Shown here: piece by piece, positions 53,295 to 63,542 of the stretch | Position numbering within the stretch: position 1 is the stretch's first letter | How the letters are laid out: every line of letters starts with the position of its first letter | Virus record (IMG/VR): IMGVR_UViG_3300023179_000056 | Span: 1 to 64,000 of that record | Direction: 5' to 3' (one strand) | DNA: 64,000 nt | From: a virus | Translations under genes and position numbers: made by a program | Notes under the pieces: model-generated | The model's input: the letters and a program-made list of their open reading frames with translations, nothing else | What the model was told of the DNA's origin: nothing | The model's database searches: none

Positions 53295-54686
53295 ATGTCA
53301 TATACAATCACTCTTACCGATGGTTCAACGTTCGCAACAATACCTGACGGAACCATCAACACCAGCTCAAGCATGACCCTGGTGGGCAAAAACTACGCTG
53401 GTTACGGACAGTTCATCAATGATGACATCATTCGTTTACTGCAAAATGGAGCAAATACCACAGCACCGGGGGCACCGCTGCAAGGTCAATTATGGTACGA
53501 TCAAACCACAAACACCATGAAGATGTACTCCGGTAGTGCATTTAAGATTATTTCGGGTGCCACTTCCAGCGCCACAGCACCTTCTGTGTCCAATGTGGCA
53601 GGAGATTTGTGGTACGACAATGTAAATGCTCAGCTGAAAGTATACAGTGGTAGTGCCTGGTTGTTGGTGGGCCCGGCCTATACTGGAAATACCGGTGTGA
53701 GCGGAGCAATTGTCACAACCATTACAGACACCAATGCCATAAGTCATGTGGCTGTGGAAATGTATGTTGCTGATGCAGTTGTGGGCATTTTCAGCAAGGA
53801 TGCTGCATATACCCCTGTTACACCGCCAGCAGGTGGCGGCTGGACCGGTAGTAAACAAGTGCAGCCAGGGTTGACCATGTCTGGTGCAATTTCTGGTGTA
53901 ACTCCATTGTTTCAGGGCACAGCCAACAACGCCAATTACCTGGGCGGAACAGCAGCGTCGGGATTTTTGCGCACCACCACCAACCAAACCATGACAGGTA
54001 CATTGGGTATCTTGAATGATACTGGACTGTCGGTGGGTGCAAGTTCCAGTTTTCGAGTTTCGGTAACTGGGTCAGATGTGTATGTGCGCAATCAAATATC
54101 CAATGGCAATTTGAATATACAAGCCAATGTGGGCGGAACCACAACCACAGTCATTGGCGTCAATGGCAGCACCGGCACAGTTAGTATTCCTACTGTTTCG
54201 GTAGGAAACATTGTTAATGCCAATGCCAATGGTGTTGGCAATATTGGAAGCAGTAGCGGTTATTTCAACAAGGTATTTGCACAAGCTACCACAGCACTTT
54301 ATGCCGACGTTGCAGAACGTTTTGCTGCTGATGAAATCTACGAGCCGGGCACTGTGGTTGAACTGGGTGGATCTGCAGAAATCACAAGAGTGCTAATGGA
54401 TGCCAGCGACAATGTATTTGGAGTTATTTCTACCCAGCCTGCATTTACCATGAATGGCGGTGCAGGGGATGACAATACTCACCCGCCAGTTGCCATGACT
54501 GGTCGTGTGCCTGTTCGTGTGACAGGTATTGTAAACAAAGGTGATCGATTGATCTCTGCAGGTGATGGTATTGCTCGTGCTGCATTGGCTGGCGAAGCAA
54601 CTGCATTTAATGTGATTGGTCGTGCATTATCCCACAAGCCCACCACAGGGGTAGGTACTGTAGAAGCCATTGTCACAATAAAATAA
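53295..54686 (+). CDS. Tail fibre protein
   Basis: LVGKNYAGYG, P..GQLWYD repeats, C-terminal YADVAERF..D..YEPGTVV...GRVPV.V.G chaperone-like domain. Confidence 0.75.
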   Translation: MSYTITLTDGSTFATIPDGTINTSSSMTLVGKNYAGYGQFINDDIIRLLQNGANTTAPGAPLQGQLWYDQTTNTMKMYSGSAFKIISGATSSATAPSVSNVAGDLWYDNVNAQLKVYSGSAWLLVGPAYTGNTGVSGAIVTTITDTNAISHVAVEMYVADAVVGIFSKDAAYTPVTPPAGGGWTGSKQVQPGLTMSGAISGVTPLFQGTANNANYLGGTAASGFLRTTTNQTMTGTLGILNDTGLSVGASSSFRVSVTGSDVYVRNQISNGNLNIQANVGGTTTTVIGVNGSTGTVSIPTVSVGNIVNANANGVGNIGSSSGYFNKVFAQATTALYADVAERFAADEIYEPGTVVELGGSAEITRVLMDASDNVFGVISTQPAFTMNGGAGDDNTHPPVAMTGRVPVRVTGIVNKGDRLISAGDGIARAALAGEATAFNVIGRALSHKPTTGVGTVEAIVTIK

Positions 54687-54698
54687 TAGGAAACCAGC

Positions 54699-55688
54699 AT
54701 GACATATTCAACAGGCGGATTAATCCAAGCATCGGACTTCAATGGTTTTGCAAGCAGTCTAAATGACGTATGGGGCACAGGCAGCGGAGACAGTGGATGG
54801 GGGCAAACAGCTATTCCCACAGTGAGTTCAAATGGTACAGTGACTGCTACCAACTGGGCCACATTGATCAACAATCTTTCCACAGCAGCTGGTCAAACTA
54901 ATACTGGGTTAACGGTTCGAACCGCACCAGTCGCGGGCAATATTATTTCTCCCTTTATCAATTTGGGCACTGACATTGCCAATGTCGGTACTAACCGTGG
55001 AAATGCAAGGTTTACTGGCAGCAGCATTAACTCCTGGAGCGGTACAGTTTCTAAAACCACTAGCACCGTCGAGGGCCCAAGTCACAACTGGGCACTAACT
55101 TGGGATCACACCATAACATTTCCCAGTGCCAACCAAGCTAGATATTTTTGGAACGCGGGAGGGTTGGTTCAAATCATCATGAGCAAAACCTCCACTGGTC
55201 TGGCCAACGATGCATCATGGAACAGTTTTATATCAAACATGGGCACTTTTTATTTAAGTGGTAGAGTCAACAATGCTTCTCAGTCCATTGGTGGTCAGAC
55301 ATTTACAGGATTCACAAGATATCTTGGTACAGGTACCCCCACCGTGTTCAATTCAACCACTGGATGGTGGCAGTTACCACCTAATATTGGTTATTCACTA
55401 CTGTGGTCGATCTATAACAATGCTCCATACTCCCTTGAGCAGGTTATTATATCTGCGGGTATTCAAGGTACAAGTACTTTGATTCGGACCGTTTGGCAGC
55501 AATACGCGAATTTCAGTTCATCTTATGATGCTACTATAAGTGGTGGCACACCGACCAACAGCCCGTTTGGTGGTTATGGCACAGCACCAACTGTATTATG
55601 CACACCAATTCTACCAGACACCAGTTATCTGCCCACTAATTCATGGGGAACTCCTACTGTGACTGCTTCTGTTATACAGTCAGGCTAA
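54699..55688 (+). CDS. Putative fibre tip/receptor-binding protein
   Basis: MTYSTGGLIQASDFN, GWGQT, ARYFWNAGG; Ser/Thr/Gly-rich. Confidence 0.6.
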   Translation: MTYSTGGLIQASDFNGFASSLNDVWGTGSGDSGWGQTAIPTVSSNGTVTATNWATLINNLSTAAGQTNTGLTVRTAPVAGNIISPFINLGTDIANVGTNRGNARFTGSSINSWSGTVSKTTSTVEGPSHNWALTWDHTITFPSANQARYFWNAGGLVQIIMSKTSTGLANDASWNSFISNMGTFYLSGRVNNASQSIGGQTFTGFTRYLGTGTPTVFNSTTGWWQLPPNIGYSLLWSIYNNAPYSLEQVIISAGIQGTSTLIRTVWQQYANFSSSYDATISGGTPTNSPFGGYGTAPTVLCTPILPDTSYLPTNSWGTPTVTASVIQSG

Positions 55689-55707
55689 AACTCATCCGGG
55701 CTCAGAG

Positions 55708-55736
55708 TTGACTGTTGTGTTGTTTTTGTTTATAAT
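55708..55736 (+). promoter_or_regulatory. Sigma70 promoter giving a probably leaderless transcript
   Basis: TTGACT-N17-TATAAT; ATG 6 nt after the -10 box. Confidence 0.75.
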
Positions 55737-55742
55737 ATCTCA

Positions 55743-56048
55743 ATGAATACAGATGATTTACTTGCTCATGCAAAATCACGGTTTGATCATGTGGCTGCAC
55801 GCCGTGTGTTGAAGGAAAAATACGAAGCCAAAATGTTGTTTGCACATGCCGGAGGCATGTGGCGCGCAGGCCCTGACCTAATTGCATTGTGTAATGCTTG
55901 CGCAACACAACAAGTGGTATTGCTAGATCTTTATGAAAACCCGGTCAAAGTAAATGCAGCAGATCTACAGGCATTGGCTCAGAGTTGTTGGCAAGAACAA
56001 ATGAATGCCTGGCTGGTAGAGTATGAACATCTGAATAAAAAACGATGA
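55743..56048 (+). CDS. Hypothetical protein
   Basis: 101 aa, first gene of the glycosyltransferase-like operon; ATGA overlap with the next gene. Confidence 0.65.
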   Translation: MNTDDLLAHAKSRFDHVAARRVLKEKYEAKMLFAHAGGMWRAGPDLIALCNACATQQVVLLDLYENPVKVNAADLQALAQSCWQEQMNAWLVEYEHLNKKR

Positions 56049-56848
56049 CCACCGGTGCCTTGATATTTGCATTTGACAGCGAGCAAATAGACTATATTGG
56101 CCTGGCTGCCTGGAGCGCTCAGCGTATCAAACGGCATTTAAACATACCCACTGCTGTGGTAACCAATTGTACAGATCAGTGTCGCTTGGTCAACTTTGAT
56201 CGCGTGATACTAGCAGATGCTGCCACAGGCGGAACGCGACTTTTTTCAGGTTACACACAAGCACAAACATGGTACAACGCTGGAAGAGTAGATGCATACA
56301 CATTGACTCCTTGGGATCAAACTTTAGTTCTAGATGCTGATTATGTTGTTTGTAGTGATCAGTTGACCACAGCTATTCACAGCAATCGAGATTTTTTATG
56401 CCATCGTATGGCTTGGGATATAACAGGAATCAATGATTTTGTGGAGTTGAATTGGTTTGGTACCAGTCGCATGCCCATGTGGTGGGCCACTGTGATGATG
56501 TTTCGCAAAAGTACCACAGCTGAATATATCTTTGATTGTATGAAAATGGTCAAAGAAAATTGGCCGCACTATAACGACTTGTATCACAGTTCTGGTGGCA
56601 TTTTTCGCAATGACCATGCACTCAGTATTGCATTGGGCATAACAAGTGGTCATACATTAAAAGTAGATCACATGCCATGGAGCCTGGCCACTATTGTGTC
56701 CAGTCACAGCTTGACTCAACTGGGCCCAGATCATTTTGAAATACAATATCACGACCAAGGCAAGTTAAAAACACTTGAGTGGCAAAACATGGATTTTCAT
56801 GCCATGTGCAAAAAACAACTGGGAGACATAGTTGCTAATACAGTCTGA
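56045..56848 (+). CDS. GT-A-fold glycosyltransferase-like protein
   Basis: TPWDQTLVLDADY (DxD), WATV..F.K, RNDHALS. Confidence 0.65.
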   Translation: MTTGALIFAFDSEQIDYIGLAAWSAQRIKRHLNIPTAVVTNCTDQCRLVNFDRVILADAATGGTRLFSGYTQAQTWYNAGRVDAYTLTPWDQTLVLDADYVVCSDQLTTAIHSNRDFLCHRMAWDITGINDFVELNWFGTSRMPMWWATVMMFRKSTTAEYIFDCMKMVKENWPHYNDLYHSSGGIFRNDHALSIALGITSGHTLKVDHMPWSLATIVSSHSLTQLGPDHFEIQYHDQGKLKTLEWQNMDFHAMCKKQLGDIVANTV

Positions 56849-57605
56849 ACGAGGGTATTTAATAATAGCTCAACACTCTCAATCAGTTGACTATGTTGGC
56901 TGTGCACATCAGCTGGCTCGATCTATCAGACACTTTCATCCCAATGCCAAAATTTGTTTGTTGTCGGATTCTCACACCCAGCCATGCAATTTGTTTGATT
57001 ATCATCGAATATTCGCACACCCACTTGACCCCAACCCATACGCCAATGACTGGCAGGTGTTTGGCATCAGTCCGTTTAGACAAACTATCAAATTAGAAGC
57101 AGACATGATCATTGCTAGTGCGATTGATCATTGGTGGACCATGCTAGAGCACAAGGATCTGGTGATATCCACCGGTGCAAGAGATTTTTACGATCAAAAA
57201 ACTACCAACCGATGGTATAGAAAAATATTTGATGACAACAATTTACCAGATGTATATAATGCCATAACATACTGGAGGTTAAGCAAAACTGCACAAGAGT
57301 TTTTTCAATTAGTAAAAACAATTTTTGAAAACTGGGAACAATACAAGACTCTACTAAAATTCCCTGACAAAATCCCATCAACAGATTTGGTCTACGCCAT
57401 GGTAGCGCAAATCATGGGACCAGATCAAGTGACCATGCCGTTTGTGAGTTATCCCAGAATTGTGCACATGAAGCGCGGCATAATTCCAACAAGTTTGCAA
57501 GACTGGACACAAGAACTGACTTGGGAATCTAATCCATTAAGGATTCAAACTGTGGCACAATGGGGTGCTGTACATTATCATCAAAAAGCCTGGCGCCATG
57601 ACTGA
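56832..57605 (+). CDS. GT-A-fold glycosyltransferase-like protein (paralogue)
   Basis: SPFRQTIKLEADM, STDLVYA, HMK, HYHQK; TTG start with GGGAG RBS. Confidence 0.6.
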   Translation: MLIQSERGYLIIAQHSQSVDYVGCAHQLARSIRHFHPNAKICLLSDSHTQPCNLFDYHRIFAHPLDPNPYANDWQVFGISPFRQTIKLEADMIIASAIDHWWTMLEHKDLVISTGARDFYDQKTTNRWYRKIFDDNNLPDVYNAITYWRLSKTAQEFFQLVKTIFENWEQYKTLLKFPDKIPSTDLVYAMVAQIMGPDQVTMPFVSYPRIVHMKRGIIPTSLQDWTQELTWESNPLRIQTVAQWGAVHYHQKAWRHD

Positions 57606-57942
57606 ACAAGAATTTTTAGACTTTTGGAAAACAATCAAATGGCCTGAACCCAGGCCAATTTTTTACAGATTATATCACGACCATAATGGTTGGCCATTAT
57701 TTTATAGTCGAGAAGATTTGGCTGGTAAGTACATAGATATTACTCCGGAACAATTCATAGTTCGTGACATGTCAGTGCGTGTGATCAACGGAAAACTTGT
57801 GCCACGTAAAACTGTGTGGCTCAGCAAACTTGTGCCTGCCGCCTCGGGAACTCTTTGCCACCACAAAGATGTTGCTGTTGTGGTTAGCAATCAATCAGGA
57901 CAACACTGGAAGAAAAAAGAAAATGTCACCGAAACAGATTAG
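57598..57942 (+). CDS. Hypothetical protein
   Basis: MTEQEFLDFW..YRLYHD..G; overlaps the previous stop. Confidence 0.6.
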   Translation: MTEQEFLDFWKTIKWPEPRPIFYRLYHDHNGWPLFYSREDLAGKYIDITPEQFIVRDMSVRVINGKLVPRKTVWLSKLVPAASGTLCHHKDVAVVVSNQSGQHWKKKENVTETD

Positions 57943-58043
57943 TACAGTAGATTTGACCCCAACAGAATTTTTGCACCAGTTTTGTTTGATTTGATCTGTC
58001 AAATTGAGTAGTTGATTTTCTAGAAATAACATGAAAGGTTGTT

Positions 58044-58958
58044 ATGAATCAAAAATCAGTAGATCTAGCAGATCTCTGTACCATTTATTTATCTTATGAT
58101 GAACCCAAAAAAGAACAACATTGGATAACAATACGCAACCAAGTGCCTTGGGCCATAAGGGTAGATGGGGTCAAAGGTTCAGATGCTGCACACAAAGCTG
58201 CCGCAGAGGTCAGCACCACAGAACGATTTGTTTTAATTGATGGTGATAATCTTCCTGATCCTGAATTTTTCAATCAAACATTGACATTCTCCACAACAGA
58301 TCATGAACATGCTGTGTACAGATGGCGGGCACGAAATCATATAAATGGACTCATGTACGGCAATGGCGGACTGAGCTCATGGACCAGAACTCATGTGAAA
58401 AACATGCAAACACATGAGAATTCAGATGGTCGAGCAGAAACACAAGTTGAATTTTGCTTTGACCCACTGTACTGGTCCATGCATGATTGTTATTCAACCA
58501 CATACCCCAATGGATCTGCTGCTCAAGCCTGGCGCGCTGGATTCAGAGAAGGAGTGAAAATGTGTTTGGATCGAGGCCAACGACCTACCATGATAGAATT
58601 TCAATCGCGGGTGCATCAACGCAATCTAGATCATCTCACAATTTGGCATAACATAGGTGCAGATGTAGAGTATGGGTACTGGGCCATGGCCGGAGCACGT
58701 CAGGGCACATACATGACCATGCTCACAAACTGGGATTATTTGCAGGTGCAAGACTTTGATGCATTGAATGAATTGTGGCTTACAGTGAAAGATCAGCAGC
58801 CCGAGCATGTGAGCAACAACATTGCAAACGAACTGCACACACAGTTGGGTTTGCCCATGCACATGTTTACTCAAGAAGCCAGCAAATTTTTCAAACATCA
58901 TTATCGATCAAACTGGCGCAATCGTGGTGTTATGGTTCGAGAACTAGATGCAACGTAA
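58044..58958 (+). CDS. Glycosyltransferase-like protein
   Basis: IYLSYDEP, RVDGVKGSDAAH, IDGDN (DxD), NGLMYGNGG, AWRAGFREGVK. Confidence 0.55.
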   Translation: MNQKSVDLADLCTIYLSYDEPKKEQHWITIRNQVPWAIRVDGVKGSDAAHKAAAEVSTTERFVLIDGDNLPDPEFFNQTLTFSTTDHEHAVYRWRARNHINGLMYGNGGLSSWTRTHVKNMQTHENSDGRAETQVEFCFDPLYWSMHDCYSTTYPNGSAAQAWRAGFREGVKMCLDRGQRPTMIEFQSRVHQRNLDHLTIWHNIGADVEYGYWAMAGARQGTYMTMLTNWDYLQVQDFDALNELWLTVKDQQPEHVSNNIANELHTQLGLPMHMFTQEASKFFKHHYRSNWRNRGVMVRELDAT

Positions 58959-58973
58959 CAGCATAAAAATAAC

Positions 58974-60344
58974 ATGAGCAAAAGCAAATTCTTGTCTTCG
59001 GCCGAGCAAATGCATGCAAAGCTGGGTGCCTCATTGTGTTTGGCCAAATGGAAGCAGGTGAGTTTGCATTTGCCCACGGGGTTGAATAACTCATGCTATC
59101 ATCCGCCATTGCACTCAATAGATCCTGCCGAGATCAAACACAATCCGTCTGCTCTACATAACACTCAGCATAAAAAAGCACAACGCAAAATAATGTTGCA
59201 GCAACAGCGCCCTGCGGAATGCAGTTACTGTTGGAACATGGAAGACTTGGGTCGGCTTAGTGATCGACACTACAGATCTGGCGAACCTTGGGCAGCAGTG
59301 GATTTTGAAAAGATAAAAAACTCAACTGGAGATGAAGATGTTGTACCGTCGTATGTGGAAGTTAATTTTAACCATGCTTGCAACCTTAAATGCAGCTATT
59401 GCAGTCCGCAATTTAGCTCTAGTTGGCAACAAGAAGTTGAACGGCATGGCGCATTTCCTACTTTGGTGCCTCATAACGCTCCTGAGCACTTTAGCGGCCA
59501 TCGCAGGCCTATCCCTGCCCGTGACCACAATCCTTATGTAGAAGCGTTCTGGGCATGGTGGCCTGATCTCTACTCTGAACTCAAACACTTTCGAATGACT
59601 GGCGGAGAACCACTCCTGGATCGCAACACCTACAGAGTATTTGACTATGTGTTGTCTCATCCCAAAAGCGATCTGCATCTGGCAGTAACTTCGAACTTCA
59701 GCGTGGAACCCGAGTTGTCAGACAAATACTTCGACTATGTGAAAAGATTGTGCAATACCGACATCGAACACTTTATGCAGTATGTGAGTCTTGACTCGGG
59801 AATTGGTCCACAGGCAGAATACATCCGTTATGGATTGAGCTTTGAAAGATTGCAAACCAATGTAGAAACATATCTCAGAGATATTCCGTATCGCAACAGT
59901 CTCACGTTCATAGTGACCATGAACAATCTGTCAGTGACTGGATTTTTGCCATTGATGAAATGGATATTGGATCTACGTCGACAGCATAGCCAAACATATC
60001 AACGTGTGTGGTTCGATACACCTGTGCTACGACAACCTGCTTGGCAAAGCCTGCAAACACTGCCTGAAAGTTACGCTGCTCTATTGGAAAAAGCAAGAGA
60101 CTTTATGCTGGAAAATCTAGAGACTGAATCTGACCCATTTCATGGATTTAAAGATTATGAAGTTCAGCGACTGGAACGTGCCATAGACTGGATGCGATCT
60201 GCTACGTCGCAACCCACTGCTCTGGCCAACTTTTATAGATTTTTCATGGAACACGATCGTCGTAGAGGTACTGACTTTGAGACAACATTTCCAGAAATGA
60301 TCTCTTGGTGGAAACAATGCAAGGACACAACACATGGCCAATGA
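58974..60344 (+). CDS. Radical SAM protein with N-terminal twitch-like domain
   Basis: CLAKW, SCYHP, CSYCW; CNLKCSYC; TGGEP. Confidence 0.9.
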   Translation: MSKSKFLSSAEQMHAKLGASLCLAKWKQVSLHLPTGLNNSCYHPPLHSIDPAEIKHNPSALHNTQHKKAQRKIMLQQQRPAECSYCWNMEDLGRLSDRHYRSGEPWAAVDFEKIKNSTGDEDVVPSYVEVNFNHACNLKCSYCSPQFSSSWQQEVERHGAFPTLVPHNAPEHFSGHRRPIPARDHNPYVEAFWAWWPDLYSELKHFRMTGGEPLLDRNTYRVFDYVLSHPKSDLHLAVTSNFSVEPELSDKYFDYVKRLCNTDIEHFMQYVSLDSGIGPQAEYIRYGLSFERLQTNVETYLRDIPYRNSLTFIVTMNNLSVTGFLPLMKWILDLRRQHSQTYQRVWFDTPVLRQPAWQSLQTLPESYAALLEKARDFMLENLETESDPFHGFKDYEVQRLERAIDWMRSATSQPTALANFYRFFMEHDRRRGTDFETTFPEMISWWKQCKDTTHGQ

Positions 60345-61698
60345 TCAAAAAATACAATTTTTAAAAAACGTTAGAGATAGACTAAACGCAGTAAGCCCTA
60401 GCTTCTGCACACAAAAATGGTTAAACCAAACCCTGTATTTGCACACAGGCGACAATCACAGTTGCTATCACCCAAGACCACATCACATTGGCCTAGATGA
60501 AATTGCCACAGATCCCAGTGCATTGCATAATACAAAATGGAAAAAACAACAACGCAAAATGATGTTGGAGGGCAAGCGTCCGGATGAGTGTTACTACTGT
60601 TGGAACATTGAGGACCTAGAAGGCGACCACATTAGTGATCGCATGATTCACAGTGGTAGTGATTACTCAGAACCTATTATTGAAAAACTAGCCGAGCTTC
60701 CTTGGGATAGAAATATCAATCCCAAATACTTGGAGGTTAGTTTTGGCAATAACTGTAACTTTCGTTGTGGATACTGCTGTCCGCAGGCCAGCACACAATG
60801 GGTTGATGAAATCAAAGAGTATGGTAATTATGACTTAACCTACAATCAATATGGCATAGAGTTCTTGCATAACGGAACCTACTATACTGCCAAAGAACAA
60901 AATCCATACATTGATGCATTTTGGAAATGGTGGCCAAGTCTCAAACAAGACCTACATACATTGAGAATCACCGGCGGTGAACCTTTGATGAACCCAGCAG
61001 CCATGCACTTTTTTGACTTGCTAGAACACAAACCTGCTTCTGAACTAGAGATCACTCTCAACAGCAATCTAGGAGTTGCCTACGGTAAAATTGACAGACT
61101 GTTGGCTCGTGTTAAGAGTCTATTAGATCAAAAGAAGATTCGTAAGTTCAGTTTCTTTACCAGCATTGATAGTTGGGGAGAGCAAGCAGAGTATATGCGT
61201 ACAGGCTTAGAATGCAGCCATTGGGAACGCAATGCCAAAGCTGTTATGGACACAGGTGCTACGGTTAATCTAATGTGTACATTTAACATTCTCTGCGTTA
61301 CTAATTTTCAACAGCTATTGGAAAAAGTAATCGAATGGCGCAAGGAACGTGGTATGAAGTGTGTGGCATTTGATACACCTTACCTTAAAGAGCCGCCGCA
61401 CTGGATGATTAAAATCCTTACACCAGATTTTATTCCTTATATGGATAATACTTTAAAGTTCATTGAACACAATTCAGAATGGTTCACCGATTTAGAATAC
61501 GAAAAATTTAAACGTGTTACAAACTTTATGAAAGAACATGATATCGGTCAAGACAAGATTCGTGCAGGCCGTAGAGACTTCTATGTGTTCTTTACTGAAA
61601 ATGATAAACGTATTGGCACTGACTTATTAAAAACATTTCCTGAATACGCCGAGTTCTACGAAATGTGCAAAGAGATATATGAAAACTATGATAACTGA
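60334..61698 (+). CDS. Radical SAM protein with N-terminal twitch-like domain (paralogue)
   Basis: CTQKW, SCYHP, CYYCW; CNFRCGYC; TGGEP. Confidence 0.9.
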   Translation: MANDQKIQFLKNVRDRLNAVSPSFCTQKWLNQTLYLHTGDNHSCYHPRPHHIGLDEIATDPSALHNTKWKKQQRKMMLEGKRPDECYYCWNIEDLEGDHISDRMIHSGSDYSEPIIEKLAELPWDRNINPKYLEVSFGNNCNFRCGYCCPQASTQWVDEIKEYGNYDLTYNQYGIEFLHNGTYYTAKEQNPYIDAFWKWWPSLKQDLHTLRITGGEPLMNPAAMHFFDLLEHKPASELEITLNSNLGVAYGKIDRLLARVKSLLDQKKIRKFSFFTSIDSWGEQAEYMRTGLECSHWERNAKAVMDTGATVNLMCTFNILCVTNFQQLLEKVIEWRKERGMKCVAFDTPYLKEPPHWMIKILTPDFIPYMDNTLKFIEHNSEWFTDLEYEKFKRVTNFMKEHDIGQDKIRAGRRDFYVFFTENDKRIGTDLLKTFPEYAEFYEMCKEIYENYDN

Positions 61699-62098
61699 AA
61701 AAAATGAACACTCATGGTGTGTCAATGCTTTCCACGGCATGAGAGCCAACAATGATGGTAGCACTCAGATGTGCTGTATGATATCTAAAGAGTATCGTAG
61801 AATGGGCACCATTGATTATTCAATTGGTAAAGTATCTATACGGGATAACTTTGACAATCCTATTGCTATTTCAATTTGAGAAAACCTTGCCAACGGTGTG
61901 CGAGATGAAGCCTGCAATAACTGCTGGCAAGCAGAAGATGGCGGCCGTAAGAGCAAACGTATGCGTGACAATGAGCGTTATCTACACGAGCTACAATGGC
62001 AAGAGCGCACTCCATATTCTGGACTTGCAAAATTAGAATTGAACCTGGGTAACACCTGTAATATTCAATGCACATACACAAGAAATCATAATGAGTGA
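61688..62098 (+). pseudogene. Truncated twitch-domain radical SAM pseudogene
   Basis: The two tracked ORFs share a frame across TGA 61877-79; twitch motifs CC and CNNCW are present; the gene ends at NTCNIQCTYT without the third Cys or the barrel. Confidence 0.75.
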
Positions 62099-62187
62099 AA
62101 CTACATTTTATACATGTTCGTTTGACAAGTTGTTTATGGACGTAGACGTAGTATAAAACCCTGTTGTTCTTTTGCAGCAAAATTCAA

Positions 62188-62216
62188 TTGCACTCCGACA
62201 AGAATTATGTTATATA
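62188..62216 (+). promoter_or_regulatory. Possible sigma70 promoter, leaderless
   Basis: TTGCAC-N17-TATATA; ATG 6 nt later. Confidence 0.45.
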
Positions 62217-62222
62217 TACTGT

Positions 62223-63542
62223 ATGTTTGATATTGTGATTATGAATATGGGCGGGCATGAGGAGAATCTAAATTGTCTACAAGATCAATTTCCTCATGCC
62301 ATCACAGTGAATTGGACTGACCACTTGTCTACCATTCAACGAGGATCTCGGAATATAAGAACTAGATATTTTTGGGTCATAAGCAGTTGCTGCGATTACA
62401 GTGACTTTGATTTTTTATGGGAACCCAAACCTTGGCAAAGCCATCAGATACATTGCTGGCCCAGCGGCGATCAACAATTTGGTGATACATTTCTAATACC
62501 CACAGCTGACTGGAATCAACAAAAAGACTTGTTGGAACGATTGGAACAATATCGAGATGTGAATTTTGAACATGAATCTGTGACCAGATTGCCTTGGCAA
62601 AAAATACAGTACAATCAGGACAGTGTAGTCACAGCTATTGCTAGTTCACAGTGTGTGACTCCGTATGTGTTATTTGAACATGAAAATAATCCAGTAACTG
62701 TGCAACCTGATCCGTGGCTGTGGAGAGAACAACCAGTTGTTGGACTCACCCGTAATCAAGCATCTTGCCTAGTACCTAGACATGCACATGGTAGCATACA
62801 AACACAAGTGTATGACTACCGATATTTACAAAAGACAAATCTAAATCCCAGCCAACCGTTAGACATAGTATTCATCTCCAATGGAGAACCCAACGCTGAA
62901 CAGAATTTCAAACGTTTGATTTTATTGCCTAGAAAAGATCATCGCACAGTACGAGTAGACAGTGTTAATGGACGAGCGGCAGCATATCATGCAGCAGCAA
63001 GAGCCAGCACCACACCTTGGTTCTTTGCTGTGTTTGCCAAGCTGGAAGTAGATATTGATTTTGATTGGTCATGGCAACCGGATTATATGCAGCAGGCCAA
63101 ACACTATATTTTCCATGCTTGTAATCCGTGCAACGGCTTAGTATACGGGCATCAAGCCATGATTGCATACAATCGACAATTGGTACTAGATAATCCAGGC
63201 CGTGGTTTAGACTTTACATTAGACTCACCGCATGAAGTGGTGCCTATCTTGAGTGGGATAGCAGCTTACAACACATCTGCCTGGAGCACCTGGCGCACAG
63301 CCTTTAGAGAAGTGTTGAAGTTACGAGCCAGCTTACCTGATGTAGAAAATGAATATCGCATACAGCAATGGTTAAAACCAAACCAGGCAGTTCGTAGTGA
63401 ATTAAGTGCAGCAGGTGCACAAGATGCACTAGACTACTATGATGAAGTAGCCGGCGACTTTGATCAACTAAAGAAAAGCTACGAGTGGAAGTGGTTGGCC
63501 AGTTATGCGTTTTTTAAACGGCAGCTAACACCGAATCAATAA
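62223..63542 (+). CDS. Glycosyltransferase-like protein related to 58044..58958
   Basis: DIVFISNGEP, NGRAAAYHAAA, NGLVYGH, WRTAFRE. Confidence 0.55.
   Translation: MFDIVIMNMGGHEENLNCLQDQFPHAITVNWTDHLSTIQRGSRNIRTRYFWVISSCCDYSDFDFLWEPKPWQSHQIHCWPSGDQQFGDTFLIPTADWNQQKDLLERLEQYRDVNFEHESVTRLPWQKIQYNQDSVVTAIASSQCVTPYVLFEHENNPVTVQPDPWLWREQPVVGLTRNQASCLVPRHAHGSIQTQVYDYRYLQKTNLNPSQPLDIVFISNGEPNAEQNFKRLILLPRKDHRTVRVDSVNGRAAAYHAAARASTTPWFFAVFAKLEVDIDFDWSWQPDYMQQAKHYIFHACNPCNGLVYGHQAMIAYNRQLVLDNPGRGLDFTLDSPHEVVPILSGIAAYNTSAWSTWRTAFREVLKLRASLPDVENEYRIQQWLKPNQAVRSELSAAGAQDALDYYDEVAGDFDQLKKSYEWKWLASYAFFKRQLTPNQ

Noticed and set aside
53295-55688. Diversity-generating retroelement acting on fibre genes
   Set aside because: No reverse transcriptase and no TR/VR pair seen in the window.
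57923-57994. 23-aa ORF MSPKQISTVDL resembling the start of 58044
   Set aside because: Similarity is too short to support a duplication remnant.
61877-61879. In-frame TGA as selenocysteine or recoding
   Set aside because: The position fits Arg (CGA>TGA), the gene is truncated anyway, and TGA is a normal stop elsewhere.
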